NCBI GenBank assembly: GCA_963804995.1
Contig: CAWDSK010000003.1
Coordinates: 1,344,001 to 1,408,000 of the forward strand
Length of the DNA: 64,000 bases
Direction of reading: 5' to 3'
Source: an uncultured Acidobacteriota bacterium
GTDB lineage: Bacteria > Acidobacteriota > Terriglobia > UBA7540
Within the stretch, counting starts at the first letter, position 1. Every line of letters starts with the position of its first letter. The position numbers and the translations under genes are program-made. The notes below the pieces were generated by a model. The model saw nothing but the letters and a program-made list of their open reading frames with translations. It was not told where the DNA came from and did no database searches. Of the stretch, positions 50,003 to 60,114 are shown piece by piece.

Positions 50003-51146
50003 CCATCAACCGTCCAATCCGGCGATGATCATCACCTGCCCCGGCTCGGGAGCCACGCGGTTCGCGGCGTGCGCGCTCGGAATATCGCGCATATTTCTCT
50101 TCCTCGCGACCGTGGCATTTCTGCAACCGGCAATTCTCCCCGCTCAAGTGGAGACAGTGGAAGGTCCCCGTTCGGCGGCCGTCTGGTCCAGCCACGGACG
50201 CATCGAGGGTCATCTGGGTTTGAAAGCTTCGGCAGAGGCCGCGTTCTCACCGGACAGTTCCCTGCTGGCGGTGGTGAGCGAAGAGAAAGTTCTGTTGATG
50301 GACGTCAGCACGAGCGATGTCCATAAAGTTCTGAAGCCGCACTTGCCTGAAATTGAGGACCTGGAAATTCACTCCGCGAGTTTTATCGACCCCCATCAAC
50401 TATTCATGCTGGCCAACGGGGTATTCCACATTAAAGGCAAGGGGCAAAACTTCCCCACACCCTTATTGGCGTTCCAGTGGGATACCACGGACGACAAACA
50501 GATTGGGAAGCTCGATGCCGTGGGCGCCAAAGGTGGATTCACGCCCGCCCGATACTTTCCGCAGATCGGTCATCTGGCAATTTACAAGGATGGCAATTTC
50601 GATCTTTGGAATCCGCGCACGGGCCAGGGTGGCCGCGTCACCGTCCCCGACCTGACCCAAATCCCCAACATTTACGAGTTTTCTCCGGACGGCAATTGGC
50701 TGCTGCTGGCTCAGATTCAGACCAGCTCCACCGCCGACCCCACGGTGGTGGCAATGAAGGAGCACAAGTTTGTGGATTCCCTGCGCGGGCACACGGGCAC
50801 CGTGCTGAGCCTGGCTTTTTCCCGCGACAGCAAGAAAGTGGTGACCTCGTGCGAGGATGGCAAAGTGCGGGTTTTCTCCGCAGGTGATTGGAAGCTCCTC
50901 CAAACGCTCACGGGGCATCACGGCCCGGTACACTGGGCGGAGTTCTCTCCCAACGGAGAGTGGATCGCCTCAGCCGGAGAAGACCATACGGTACGCGTCT
51001 GGTCGGCGGCCGATGGATCGTTGCTCCAAACCTTGCAGGAAAGCCAGGAACCCGTGCTCACGGTTACGTTTTCGCCGGATAGCAAGTTCATCGCAGCATC
51101 CTCGGAGAACCTGGTGCACATCTGGCAGCGGCAGGGGGGAAACTGA
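49995..51146 (+). CDS. Secreted WD40-repeat protein
   Basis: LRGHTGTVLSLAFS, LTGHHGPVHWAEFSPNG, EDHTVRVW; start uncertain. Confidence 0.85.
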   Translation: MSNHQPSNPAMIITCPGSGATRFAACALGISRIFLFLATVAFLQPAILPAQVETVEGPRSAAVWSSHGRIEGHLGLKASAEAAFSPDSSLLAVVSEEKVLLMDVSTSDVHKVLKPHLPEIEDLEIHSASFIDPHQLFMLANGVFHIKGKGQNFPTPLLAFQWDTTDDKQIGKLDAVGAKGGFTPARYFPQIGHLAIYKDGNFDLWNPRTGQGGRVTVPDLTQIPNIYEFSPDGNWLLLAQIQTSSTADPTVVAMKEHKFVDSLRGHTGTVLSLAFSRDSKKVVTSCEDGKVRVFSAGDWKLLQTLTGHHGPVHWAEFSPNGEWIASAGEDHTVRVWSAADGSLLQTLQESQEPVLTVTFSPDSKFIAASSENLVHIWQRQGGN

Positions 51147-51296
51147 GGGGGATTAAAGCTTCCACACCCGCCTTGACGGCACACAGATACGATCACCCGC
51201 AGCCGGTCGCCCGCCCCTCAACCCCAAACCTCTTCGACTTGTGATAAAATTTCTTCTGTTCAAACTATTCAGGGGCTTCGACGAAGTAGAACCCTT

Positions 51297-52724
51297 ATGC
51301 TCAAAGTTGGAATGGTGAGTCTGGGTTGTCCCAAAAATCTCGTGGACAGCGAAGTGATGCTGGGATTCCTGGCGCAGCAGGGGTACGAGCTGACGCCGCG
51401 CCCGGACCAGGCGGACGTAATTATCGTCAACACCTGCTCGTTCATCCAGCCCGCCAAGCAGGAATCCATCAACACCATTCTGGAGATGGCCGAGTACAAG
51501 AAATTCGGCAATGCCCGGAAGCTCGTCGTCGCGGGATGTCTGGTGGAGCGCTATCGGCAGGAAATCCTGAAAGAAATCCCGGAAGTGGATTTTGTAATCG
51601 GTACGAATGAGCTTGAGCGGGTGCTCGAAGCGTGCGGGGATTCAGGCGACCGGCGTTCTGCTGCCGCGCCGGCCGAGCCCTACTTGTACCATGAGTTCAC
51701 ACCGCGCGTGCTCTCCACTCCCTCTTACTCTGCGTATCTAAAGATCGCCGAAGGCTGCGACCACCCCTGTGCGTTCTGCGTGATTCCGCAGATGCGCGGG
51801 CGTTTTCGTTCGCGCCGTTTCGCTTCAGTGATTCGCGAGGCTGAGAACCTGGCGAAACAAGGCGTGCGGGAAATCGCTATTGTGGGCCAGGACACGACAA
51901 GTTACGGTGAGGATCTGGGTTTGCGCGACGGCCTGGCTTCCCTGCTGCGGGAGTTGGGCGCCATCCCCGAGCTCGTCTGGGTGCGCTTTCTTTATTGCTA
52001 TCCAAACCGGCTGACCGACGCTTTGATTGCGGCCGTGGCGGAAACCCCCAAGGTGGCCAAGTATTTCGATATTCCGCTGCAACACGCGAGCCCCGACGTC
52101 CTCAGGCTGATGCGGCGCGGCTCCAATGGCAAGCAATTCCTGCGCCTGCTGGAAAAGATTCGCACCGCGATTCCAGGCGTGGCGCTGCGCACGTCGTTCA
52201 TTGTCGGCTTCCCTGGCGAGACCGAGGACGATTTCAAAGCGCTGTTGGATTTTGTCGCGGCGGCGGAGTTTGATCATCTGGGCGTTTTCCTCTATTCCAA
52301 CGAGGAAACCAGCCGGAGTTTTGAGTTGCCGAATCAGGTGCCGCCGCAGGTGGCTCGCCGCCGGCAGAAGCAGTTGATGGCCGCGCAGCAGAAAATTTCC
52401 CGGCGCAAGCTGCGGAGGATGATTGGAGAATCCCTGCCCGTGCTGGTGGAAGGCCGCTCGGAGGAAACGGAGCTCCTCTTCCAGGCCCGCAGTGAGCGGC
52501 AAGCGCCGGGGATTGACGGTTGCATTCTCATCAATGATTTCGACGGACCTGAGCCCCAGGCAGGCGACTTTCGCTGGGCCACGATTACCGGGGCGGGCGA
52601 CTATGATCTGATAGCGCGCCTGGAAGCGCGAGTCTTTGCGGAAAAGCTGGCTGCCACAGTCCCCGTCGCGGCCCTGAGCCCGCTGGTTCAGATCCAACCG
52701 TTAGCGGCGGCGACGTTGAGCTGA
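51297..52724 (+). CDS. rimO: Ribosomal protein S12 methylthiotransferase RimO
   Basis: SLGCPKNLVDSE, NTCSFI, radical SAM CDHPCAFC, IVGFPGET. Confidence 0.96.
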   Translation: MLKVGMVSLGCPKNLVDSEVMLGFLAQQGYELTPRPDQADVIIVNTCSFIQPAKQESINTILEMAEYKKFGNARKLVVAGCLVERYRQEILKEIPEVDFVIGTNELERVLEACGDSGDRRSAAAPAEPYLYHEFTPRVLSTPSYSAYLKIAEGCDHPCAFCVIPQMRGRFRSRRFASVIREAENLAKQGVREIAIVGQDTTSYGEDLGLRDGLASLLRELGAIPELVWVRFLYCYPNRLTDALIAAVAETPKVAKYFDIPLQHASPDVLRLMRRGSNGKQFLRLLEKIRTAIPGVALRTSFIVGFPGETEDDFKALLDFVAAAEFDHLGVFLYSNEETSRSFELPNQVPPQVARRRQKQLMAAQQKISRRKLRRMIGESLPVLVEGRSEETELLFQARSERQAPGIDGCILINDFDGPEPQAGDFRWATITGAGDYDLIARLEARVFAEKLAATVPVAALSPLVQIQPLAAATLS

Positions 52725-52733
52725 AGTGCGCAC

Positions 52734-52931
52734 ATGCGTTGCCCGATCTGTAAGCATAGCGTGACGTGGGAGGGCAATCCGTTCCGCCCTTTTTGCAGTG
52801 AGCGCTGCAAGATGATCGATCTGGATAATTGGCTGTCCGAGCGCTACCGGGTCACGGCGCCCCTTGAAACTGAAGAGGAGGGCCCGCAAACGGAGAATTC
52901 CGAGCTTGACCTCAAGGGGGAGCGTGACTGA
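52734..52931 (+). CDS. yacG: DNA gyrase inhibitor YacG
   Basis: CPIC...RPFCSERCKMIDL.W. Confidence 0.93.
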   Translation: MRCPICKHSVTWEGNPFRPFCSERCKMIDLDNWLSERYRVTAPLETEEEGPQTENSELDLKGERD

Positions 52932-53406
52932 ACGGCGGGCGGGGCTGGCCATCTGGATTGCAACCGCCGGGGGCGCTGGTTATTTCCCCATCGCGCCGGG
53001 AACCGCGGGATCAGCGGTGGGTGTCCTGATAGTTGTGGGCCTGGGCTTGCTGCACCTGCCCGGCGTCTGGTCGAGCGTCATTGTAGGGATCGTCGCTCTG
53101 TTCCTTTGCGCGGTGGGAGTTTGGGCAGCGGGAGAAGCGGAGAAGTTTTTCGGGCGTGTCGACCCGGGGCAAGCGGTCATTGACGAAGTTGTGGGCCAGA
53201 TGCTCACGTTTCTCTTGATGCCGCACGCCTCATGGAAATGGCTGCTGGCAGGCTTTTTGCTCTTCCGGGCCTTCGACATTGTCAAGCCCTTTCCGGCCCG
53301 GCAGGCGGAGCGATTTCCGCGCGGCTGGGGTATCATGTTGGATGATGTCGTGGCGGGCTTGTACGGTTTGGTGGTGCTTTCGGTGGCGGGATTAGTCTTC
53401 CCATGA
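52924..53406 (+). CDS. pgpA: Phosphatidylglycerophosphatase A
   Basis: APGTAGS, DPGQAVIDEVVG, FRAFDIVKP, GIMLDDVVAG. Confidence 0.95.
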   Translation: MTERRAGLAIWIATAGGAGYFPIAPGTAGSAVGVLIVVGLGLLHLPGVWSSVIVGIVALFLCAVGVWAAGEAEKFFGRVDPGQAVIDEVVGQMLTFLLMPHASWKWLLAGFLLFRAFDIVKPFPARQAERFPRGWGIMLDDVVAGLYGLVVLSVAGLVFP

Positions 53407-54483
53407 GTCTGTGGAGAAAAACGGAAAAAGCGGAAAACGCTATGGGCACAACAGGAGGGCCAGTTAAGGACCGGCCCCAGGTCGCAAGTGTCATTCCGCG
53501 TGCCGCGATACCCGGCGGAGAAATCTCCGTGCTGGGAAGTGGCTTTGCGGATAACGGCCACAGTCGGCCGCTGGTGCGCTTTGGTGATCGGCCGGGCAGC
53601 GTGTTGCTCAGTTCAGCGGGCCGGCTGATTGTGCGTGTCCCCAACGACGTGGTCAGTGAGGACCTGACCGTGCAAACCGGCTTGGGTATAAGTGCCCCCG
53701 TCCCGGTCGTCGTGGGCGTCACCATTGCTGAAAACCTGCACCCCGTCGCCAATCCCGCCCTGGACACCGCCGGCAACATCTTCACCACCTTCAGTGGCAG
53801 CCGTGGGCAGAAGGTTGCGACTTCTGTTTTCAAGGTCGATCTCAACCGCGTGACGCATCCGTTTCTGCACGACGTGATGAACGCCACGGGCCTGGCCTTC
53901 GATCGCGAGGGCTACCTCTACGTGTTCGAGCCGGATAGAGGGGGCGATCTACCGAGTGACGCCGGACGGCCAGCGCTTGAGCTACGCCGAAGGCATGGGG
54001 GTGGCGACGGGAATCGCCTTCGACGAGAAGGGGAATCTCTACCTCGGCGACCGCACCGGCACCATCTTCAAGATCGGCCAGGACCGCCAAATTTTTGTTT
54101 TCGCCACCATTGAGCCCAGCGTGGCGGCTTACCACCTGGCCTTTGGCCCTCAGGGAAATCTCTACGTGACCGGCCCCACGACTTCCAGCTTCGACCACGT
54201 GATTTGCATCTCTCCCAACGGCCAGGTTACATCCTTTTATCGAGGCCTGGGGCGGCCGCAGGGGTTGGCTTTCGACGTCGAGGGTAATCTTTATGTGACA
54301 GCATCGCTGGCAGGAAAGCGTGGCGTGGTGCGATTGACCCCCGACGCCAAGGCAGAGTTGGTGGTCTCCGGCTATGACATTGTCGGACTCGCCTTTGGCC
54401 GCCACGGCTCCATGATTCTTGCCACCCACAACTCGCTGGTCGATCTCCATGTGGGCATCGAGGGGATGCCGCTGGTGAAATAA
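53403..54483 (+). CDS. IPT/TIG + NHL/SMP-30 beta-propeller protein, apparent +1 frameshift at about 53925
   Basis: TIG-like N-terminus and repeated TG(L/I)AFD..GNLY; removing one T gives YVSSRIEGAIYRVTPDG. Confidence 0.8.
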
Positions 54484-54574
54484 TCTTCTGGCTGTCAGCA
54501 GTTAGTTTTCAGCTTAAAGACCCAACGGCATTGTGCTGGCTGATTGTTAAAGTCCGATCGCTGACTGCTCAACT

Positions 54575-55810
54575 ATGGATGCCGAAATCATCGCCGTCGG
54601 TTCGGAACTTCTGACCCCGCAACACACGGACACCAATTCACTCTACCTCACTGACAAGCTCAACAGCCTGGGGATCCTGGTCCGGTTCAAAACGATTGTC
54701 GGGGATTCGCGGCACGATCTTGGCGCAGTTCTGCGCGCGGCGCTGGCCCGCTCCCCTCTGATCCTTTTGACCGGCGGTCTGGGGCCGACCGACGACAACC
54801 TCACTCGCAACGTCGTGGCCGAAGTCCTGGGCCGCCCCCTGCACGAAGTCCCGGAAATCCGCCGGCGCATCGAAGAACGCTTTGCCCGCCTGGGCCGGAG
54901 CATGCCGGGAAACAACCTGAGGCAAGCCCAGGTGCCGGAGGGCGCGGATTGGCTGGAGAACCGGAATGGCACGGCGCCGGGAATCTGGATCGAGCATCAC
55001 GACAACATTGTGGTGCTGCTACCCGGCCCGCCGCGGGAACTGGAGCCGTTGTTTGACGCAACTTGCGTGTCGCGCCTGGCGCGTGTGTCACCGGGCGAAC
55101 GCATCAAGACGCGCGTGTACAAGGTGGTGGGCTTGCCGGAATCAGAAGTGGACCACCGCATCGCGCCCATCTATCGCGTCTACCACAACCCCGCCACCAC
55201 GATCCTGGCCTCGCTGGGCTCAATCGAAGTCCACCTGCGCGCCCGGTCCGCGAGCGATATCGAGGCCGAAGCCCGACTCTCCGAACTCGGCGACAAGATT
55301 GAGCTGGCCCTTGGCGACCACGTCTATTCGACCCAGGGTGAAAGCCTGGAAGAAGTCGTGGGCATGTACCTGGTGATGCGGCAGAAGACTGTCGCGGTGG
55401 CGGAAAGTTGCACGGGCGGATTGCTGGCGGAGCGCCTGACGCGCACCGCCGGAAGTTCCAGTTACTTCCTGGGCGGGGTCGTCTGCTACAGCAATGAGTT
55501 GAAAACGAAATTCGCAGGAGTGCCCGCCGCCTTAATCGAAGCGCACGGTGCGGTTTCACTGCCCGTGGCGCAGGCGATGGCAGAGGGCGTGCGGGCGCGC
55601 ACGGGCGCCTCGATCGGTGTAGGGATCACCGGGATCGCCGGCCCCGGCGGGGGCAGCGCTGAAAAACCCGTCGGCATGGTTTTCGTTTCACTCGCCGATG
55701 AACGTGGAACCCAGGTACGAGAGTTTCATTTTCCCGGCCCCCGCGACCGCATCCGCCAATGGGCATCGCAAATGGGATTGGAAATAATTCGCCGGAGAAT
55801 TAGAGACTGA
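54575..55810 (+). CDS. cinA: Competence/damage-inducible protein CinA (MocF + PncC domains)
   Basis: AEIIAVGSELL, TGGLGPTDD, GTAPG, AESCTGG, TGIAGPGGG. Confidence 0.95.
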   Translation: MDAEIIAVGSELLTPQHTDTNSLYLTDKLNSLGILVRFKTIVGDSRHDLGAVLRAALARSPLILLTGGLGPTDDNLTRNVVAEVLGRPLHEVPEIRRRIEERFARLGRSMPGNNLRQAQVPEGADWLENRNGTAPGIWIEHHDNIVVLLPGPPRELEPLFDATCVSRLARVSPGERIKTRVYKVVGLPESEVDHRIAPIYRVYHNPATTILASLGSIEVHLRARSASDIEAEARLSELGDKIELALGDHVYSTQGESLEEVVGMYLVMRQKTVAVAESCTGGLLAERLTRTAGSSSYFLGGVVCYSNELKTKFAGVPAALIEAHGAVSLPVAQAMAEGVRARTGASIGVGITGIAGPGGGSAEKPVGMVFVSLADERGTQVREFHFPGPRDRIRQWASQMGLEIIRRRIRD

Positions 55811-56359
55811 GTGCGCGCTTTCATTGCCATCGATTTGCCGGATTCTCTCCATGCCGCGCTGCGCGAGACGCAGCAGACCTTTCGCAGCGCTGCGCCGGAC
55901 GCACGCTGGACCCGGCCCGAAGGCATTCACCTTACGTTGAAGTTCCTGGGCGAAATCTCCGACGCGCAGGTGAAACAGGTCGTGGAATCGCTCGCGCAAA
56001 TCGGCAAGTTCGAACCGTTTCGCGTCGACGTACAAGGCTTTGGATTTTTTCCCCAGGCTCGCCGGGCGCGTGTGTTCTGGGTCGGGGTGGAAGCGCCGCC
56101 GGCCCTGGCGGAACTCGCGGCGCGCGTGGAACGCGAGATGGAGAAGGCCGGGTTTCCACGCGAAGACCGTGCCTTCACTCCGCATTTGACGCTGGCGCGT
56201 TTTCAAGTACCGCGCCCGCAGCCCGAACTCGAAGCGGCAGTGGCCCGCCAGGAAACTACTTCCCTGGGCGGGTTCGAAGCCTCGGAATTTTTTCTGTTTG
56301 AGAGCAAGTTATCACCGCAAGGCGCGCAGTACCGGAAGGTGATGCGCTTCCCGCGCTGA
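55811..56359 (+). CDS. thpR: RNA 2',3'-cyclic phosphodiesterase
   Basis: Two HxT motifs (IHLTLKFLG, PHLTLAR); follows cinA. Confidence 0.93.
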   Translation: MRAFIAIDLPDSLHAALRETQQTFRSAAPDARWTRPEGIHLTLKFLGEISDAQVKQVVESLAQIGKFEPFRVDVQGFGFFPQARRARVFWVGVEAPPALAELAARVEREMEKAGFPREDRAFTPHLTLARFQVPRPQPELEAAVARQETTSLGGFEASEFFLFESKLSPQGAQYRKVMRFPR

Positions 56360-56397
56360 AACTGCGAAGCCCCGGCGCTCGACCGCCCCGAAAACCC

Positions 56398-57012
56398 ATG
56401 ACTGGCTTACTGACCACCCTGCTCGCTTATCTCCTCGGATCCATTCCCTTCGGATACTTGATTGTCCGCTGGCAAAAAGGCATCGATGTGCGCAGTACGG
56501 GCAGCGGGTCAATTGGCGCCACCAACGTGATGCGCAATCTTGGAATCATCGGCTTCATCGCTACCTTCATTCTGGATTTTGGCAAAGGCATGGGTGCGGT
56601 TTTGCTGGCATCCAGATTGACCGCGGGCGAGCCACGCTGGGTCGCCGCGGCGGCGGTCGCCGCCATCCTGGGGCATTGCTATCCCGTGTGGCTGAAGTTT
56701 CGCGGAGGAAAGGGTGTGGCAACCGGTGTAGGCGTCTTCATTGCGCTCGCACCTTTGCAAGTGGCACTCGTTCTCGTCATATTCGCCATCGTGCTGGCGA
56801 TTTGGCGGTACGTTTCCCTGGGTTCAATCATCGCCACGGCGGCGTTTCCGGTTCTACTCCATTTCATGAAACACGCGCCGTTTCCCATCGTGCTCGGCGC
56901 CGCGGGTGGCGCGCTGATCATTATTAGCCGCCACCACGCGAATATTCGCAGGCTCTTCTGTGGAACGGAGAGTAAGGTAGGAGGGAAGAAGGCAGTGGGC
57001 AGTAGGCAGTAG
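56398..57012 (+). CDS. plsY: Glycerol-3-phosphate acyltransferase PlsY
   Basis: YLLGSIPFG, GSGSIGATN, GHCYP, FRGGKGVAT, HHANIRRL. Confidence 0.95.
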   Translation: MTGLLTTLLAYLLGSIPFGYLIVRWQKGIDVRSTGSGSIGATNVMRNLGIIGFIATFILDFGKGMGAVLLASRLTAGEPRWVAAAAVAAILGHCYPVWLKFRGGKGVATGVGVFIALAPLQVALVLVIFAIVLAIWRYVSLGSIIATAAFPVLLHFMKHAPFPIVLGAAGGALIIISRHHANIRRLFCGTESKVGGKKAVGSRQ

Positions 57013-57140
57013 GCAGTAGGCAGCGAGCGCTTTGTGCGAGTCCCGACAGAGTCGGGATAGGCAGCAACACCTTGGAAGGGCGGGGCTTGTGGTTTTTGAA
57101 TTCACAAGTTTTAAATTGCTCCTAAGCCCCGCGCATGTAA

Positions 57141-57353
57141 GTGACCCCTCATCCGGCCTCCTACGTCAGCCACCTTCTCCCCAGGGGAGAAGGCTATTAT
57201 CTGAGGGGGGTCGCGGCCACCGGCCAAATTGCAGAACCGTTCTTTGCGTAAACTGCCGGAGAACCATAGATTGAGTAACAGCCCTCTCCGAGGGGAGAGG
57301 GTGGACCGCCGCCGGCGTTTTCATCAGCCGGGGCGGGACGGGTGAGGGGTCAC
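57141..57353. repeat. CCCTCTCCC-type palindromic repeat element
   Basis: GTGACCCCTCA...TGAGGGGTCAC ends with internal hairpins; same family as 15163-15372. Confidence 0.72.
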
Positions 57354-57382
57354 TTGGGAGTTCAGACCACGGACAGCTCTAT

Positions 57383-58382
57383 ATGAAACGTCTTGCCATC
57401 ATTGGCGCGGGAAACTGGGGCACGGCGCTGGCAGCGACGCTCGCCCAGCTCGGCCATAGCGTGACGCTGTGGGCGTACGAGGCTGAGGTCGTCCGAAAGC
57501 ATTCAATCCCGGCACGAAAATGAGCTCTTCATGCCGGGGAGCAGGTTGCCGGAAAGTATTTCCGCTACGGGCGATCTGGCGGAAGCCCTGGCCGGCGCGG
57601 AGATTGTGGTAACGGTGATGCCCTCCCACGTTTGCCGCACGCTCTACCAGCAGATGCTTCCGCACCTCCAGCCCGAGATGATTTTCGTAAGCGCCACCAA
57701 GGGAATTGATAACGACCGCCTGATGCGGATGAGTGAAGTCATTCGCAGCGTGGTGGAACAGAAATTCCCGCCCCGCCTGTGCGTGCTTTCCGGCCCGACC
57801 TTCGCCAAGGAAGTCATGCGTGGCGATCCCACGGCAGTGGTCGTGGCCTCGGACGATCGGGAAGCAGCTCAGACAGTGCAGCGGGAATTTTCTTCGGGCG
57901 TGCTGAGACTCTATACGTCCACCGACGTGGTGGGAGTTGAGCTGGGTGGCGCGGTGAAAAACGTAATCGCCATTGCGGCCGGAGCGGTGGAAGGATTACA
58001 GCTTGGGCACAACCCCACGGCGGCGTTGATCACGCGCGGCCTGGCGGAAATGACGCGCCTGGCGTGCGCCTGCGGGGCGAAACGCGAAACGCTGGCGGGC
58101 CTGGCCGGCATGGGCGACCTGGTGCTGACTTGCACGGGCGAATTGAGCCGCAATCGCACGGTGGGCGTGGAACTGGGAAAGGGCCGCAAGCTGGACGACA
58201 TTATCGGGTCGATGCGAATGGTGGCGGAAGGCGTAAAAACTACCGCAGCCACCGTGGCACTGGCCGCCAAGCACCAGGTGGAAATGCCCATCACCCGGCA
58301 GGTGCACCGGATTCTCGAAGGCGAACTTTCCCCGCGCGAAGCCATCCGCCAACTGATGGAGCGCTCGCTCAAAGAAGAGTAG
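57383..58382 (+). CDS. gpsA: NAD(P)H-dependent glycerol-3-phosphate dehydrogenase, apparent +1 frameshift at about 57494
   Basis: LAIIGAGNWGTALA in frame 1; SATKG, LSGPTFA, ELGGAVKNVIAI and GDLVLTC..SRN in frame 2. Confidence 0.93.
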
Positions 58383-58586
58383 CGAGCGTAGCGCCCCGAT
58401 GCATCGGGGCGGTTCTTCCTGACCCGAATCTATCTTGGTGAAGAAACTGGCGCGGCCGCCCGTGGTTGAGGTTTGTGGGTTTTGCAAAAGAAGAGCTGCG
58501 GACCCCAAAAACGGGGGACCGCGCTACAAAACACGTGTGCATCACGCTTGCCCTCTGCACAACACGATCAAATCCCATGAACAAAG

Positions 58587-58726
58587 GTAGCGCAGACCTC
58601 CGCTGTTGAGGTCTGCGGTTCTTCCTGAGATGCATCCTCCCCAATCCGAGTGCATCCCCCTGTCGTTGAGATTTGTGGTTTTCGGTAAGAAGAGCCGCAG
58701 ACCTCAACAGCGGAGGTCTGCGCTAC
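58587..58726. repeat. GTAG-type REP inverted pair
   Basis: Perfect 32-bp IR GTAGCGCAGACCTCCGCTGTTGAGGTCTGCGG; related GCGGACCCCAAAAACGGGG..CCGCGCTAC units at about 58498 and 60070. Confidence 0.8.
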
Positions 58727-58898
58727 ACCCGCACTTCGTGGGCCAGGCCCGAGCATTCCGCGTGACGTTCAGCGAAAGCCAGATTCGCACGACAGGATCG
58801 GGTCCACAGGTTAACCAACGAGTGGACGTTTATCAAAATAAGAGCCGCAGAGTTTGAATGGCACAAACTCTGATGCGCTACCCCGTTTATTTCGAGAC

Positions 58899-59900
58899 CT
58901 AGAAATGATAGTCGAGAATGACTTCCGCCGGGGCGGTGGAGGGCGGGGCGAAGCGCATCTTAACCGCCGCTCTTAAGGCGCCGGCTTGCAGGGGCTTGGG
59001 ACCGCTGAGAACTACCACATCCGACACTTCGCCTTTTTGGTCCACGGTAAGTTTGATTTGGAGGTCGCCTCCAAGGTCACGGGCGTCAACGGGGTACTGG
59101 GCCACTTCCGGGTGGGTGATCAGCAAATCCGGCGGCGCCTGAACCACCTTGGGGGCTAAGAACAAGATGGCATCCTTCGAATGGTCGTGGTGAATCAACT
59201 CAAAAGCGAATACCGCCCGTTTTGTACAGGGAGTTGGTTGAGGCGGGGTACAAGCAATCAAGAAGCGGGGGGATTGGATCATACGCACCGCGGCTGACGT
59301 TAGTATTCCATTGTCGCTCTTCAGCATGCGCAAGTCAGCGAGTTGTCCGTTTCTATCGATGGTGACTTCAAGAGCTACCTGCCCTTCGATCCTGCGAAGA
59401 ATAGCTTCCTGAGGGTATTCCGGCGAAAGCGGAGTCAAAACGGACTGCCAGTCTGGGTAATACTTCCACTGCTGCGCGGAGCGGTTCGTGCCAGCCAGCC
59501 CGAATTGCACCTTTACCGTTACATGGACAGGCAACTGCGGACTGGGGTCGAACTTCCATTGGCCTACGGCATCGCAAGCGGCCGCCGCCAACAATGGGTG
59601 CCCGCTCAGGGTTTTGACGGATTGGACACTGCCGTCCGCAGCCACACTGACGTCAAGTGAAACATCCCCTTGCATGCCGGTGATCATGGCCTCCGGCGGA
59701 TACACGGGGTTGACCCTTTGTTTCAAAAGCAGCCCCGCGGGCCCCGAAGTGATGAAGTGGAATTGTGGCTGCACATTTTCACTTCGGCTTTTGTCCTGGT
59801 CCGAATTCTGTCCGGCCGCCGGAGGAGCTGCGGCCAAGAGAATCAAAGCACCGCAAAACATCAGATGGGAAAGAATAGTGAGGGCCGTAGGCTTGGGCAT
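58899..59900 (-). CDS. TonB family protein with three TonB C-terminal domains
   Basis: N-terminal hydrophobic segment; three YP-containing units (VYPPEA, EYPQEA, QYPVDA), each followed by a G.V/L...V pattern. Confidence 0.8.
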   Translation of the reverse strand: MPKPTALTILSHLMFCGALILLAAAPPAAGQNSDQDKSRSENVQPQFHFITSGPAGLLLKQRVNPVYPPEAMITGMQGDVSLDVSVAADGSVQSVKTLSGHPLLAAAACDAVGQWKFDPSPQLPVHVTVKVQFGLAGTNRSAQQWKYYPDWQSVLTPLSPEYPQEAILRRIEGQVALEVTIDRNGQLADLRMLKSDNGILTSAAVRMIQSPRFLIACTPPQPTPCTKRAVFAFELIHHDHSKDAILFLAPKVVQAPPDLLITHPEVAQYPVDARDLGGDLQIKLTVDQKGEVSDVVVLSGPKPLQAGALRAAVKMRFAPPSTAPAEVILDYHF

Positions 59901-60114
59901 GTCCACCTCCGCAAGACCATTGGAACCATTATAGCTTGCCTTATTCGAGGTGCAATCTAAAGGTTGCTTGAACACTGAAGGACTGTGGGCTGCCACGGGC
60001 CTCTACACTAAACATGCTTCGGGTGGCTCATCATCCGGCAAGCCGGCCCATTTCTGTAAATGAAGAACCGCGGACCCCAAAAACGGGGGTCCGCGCTACA
60101 AGACATGTTCCCCT

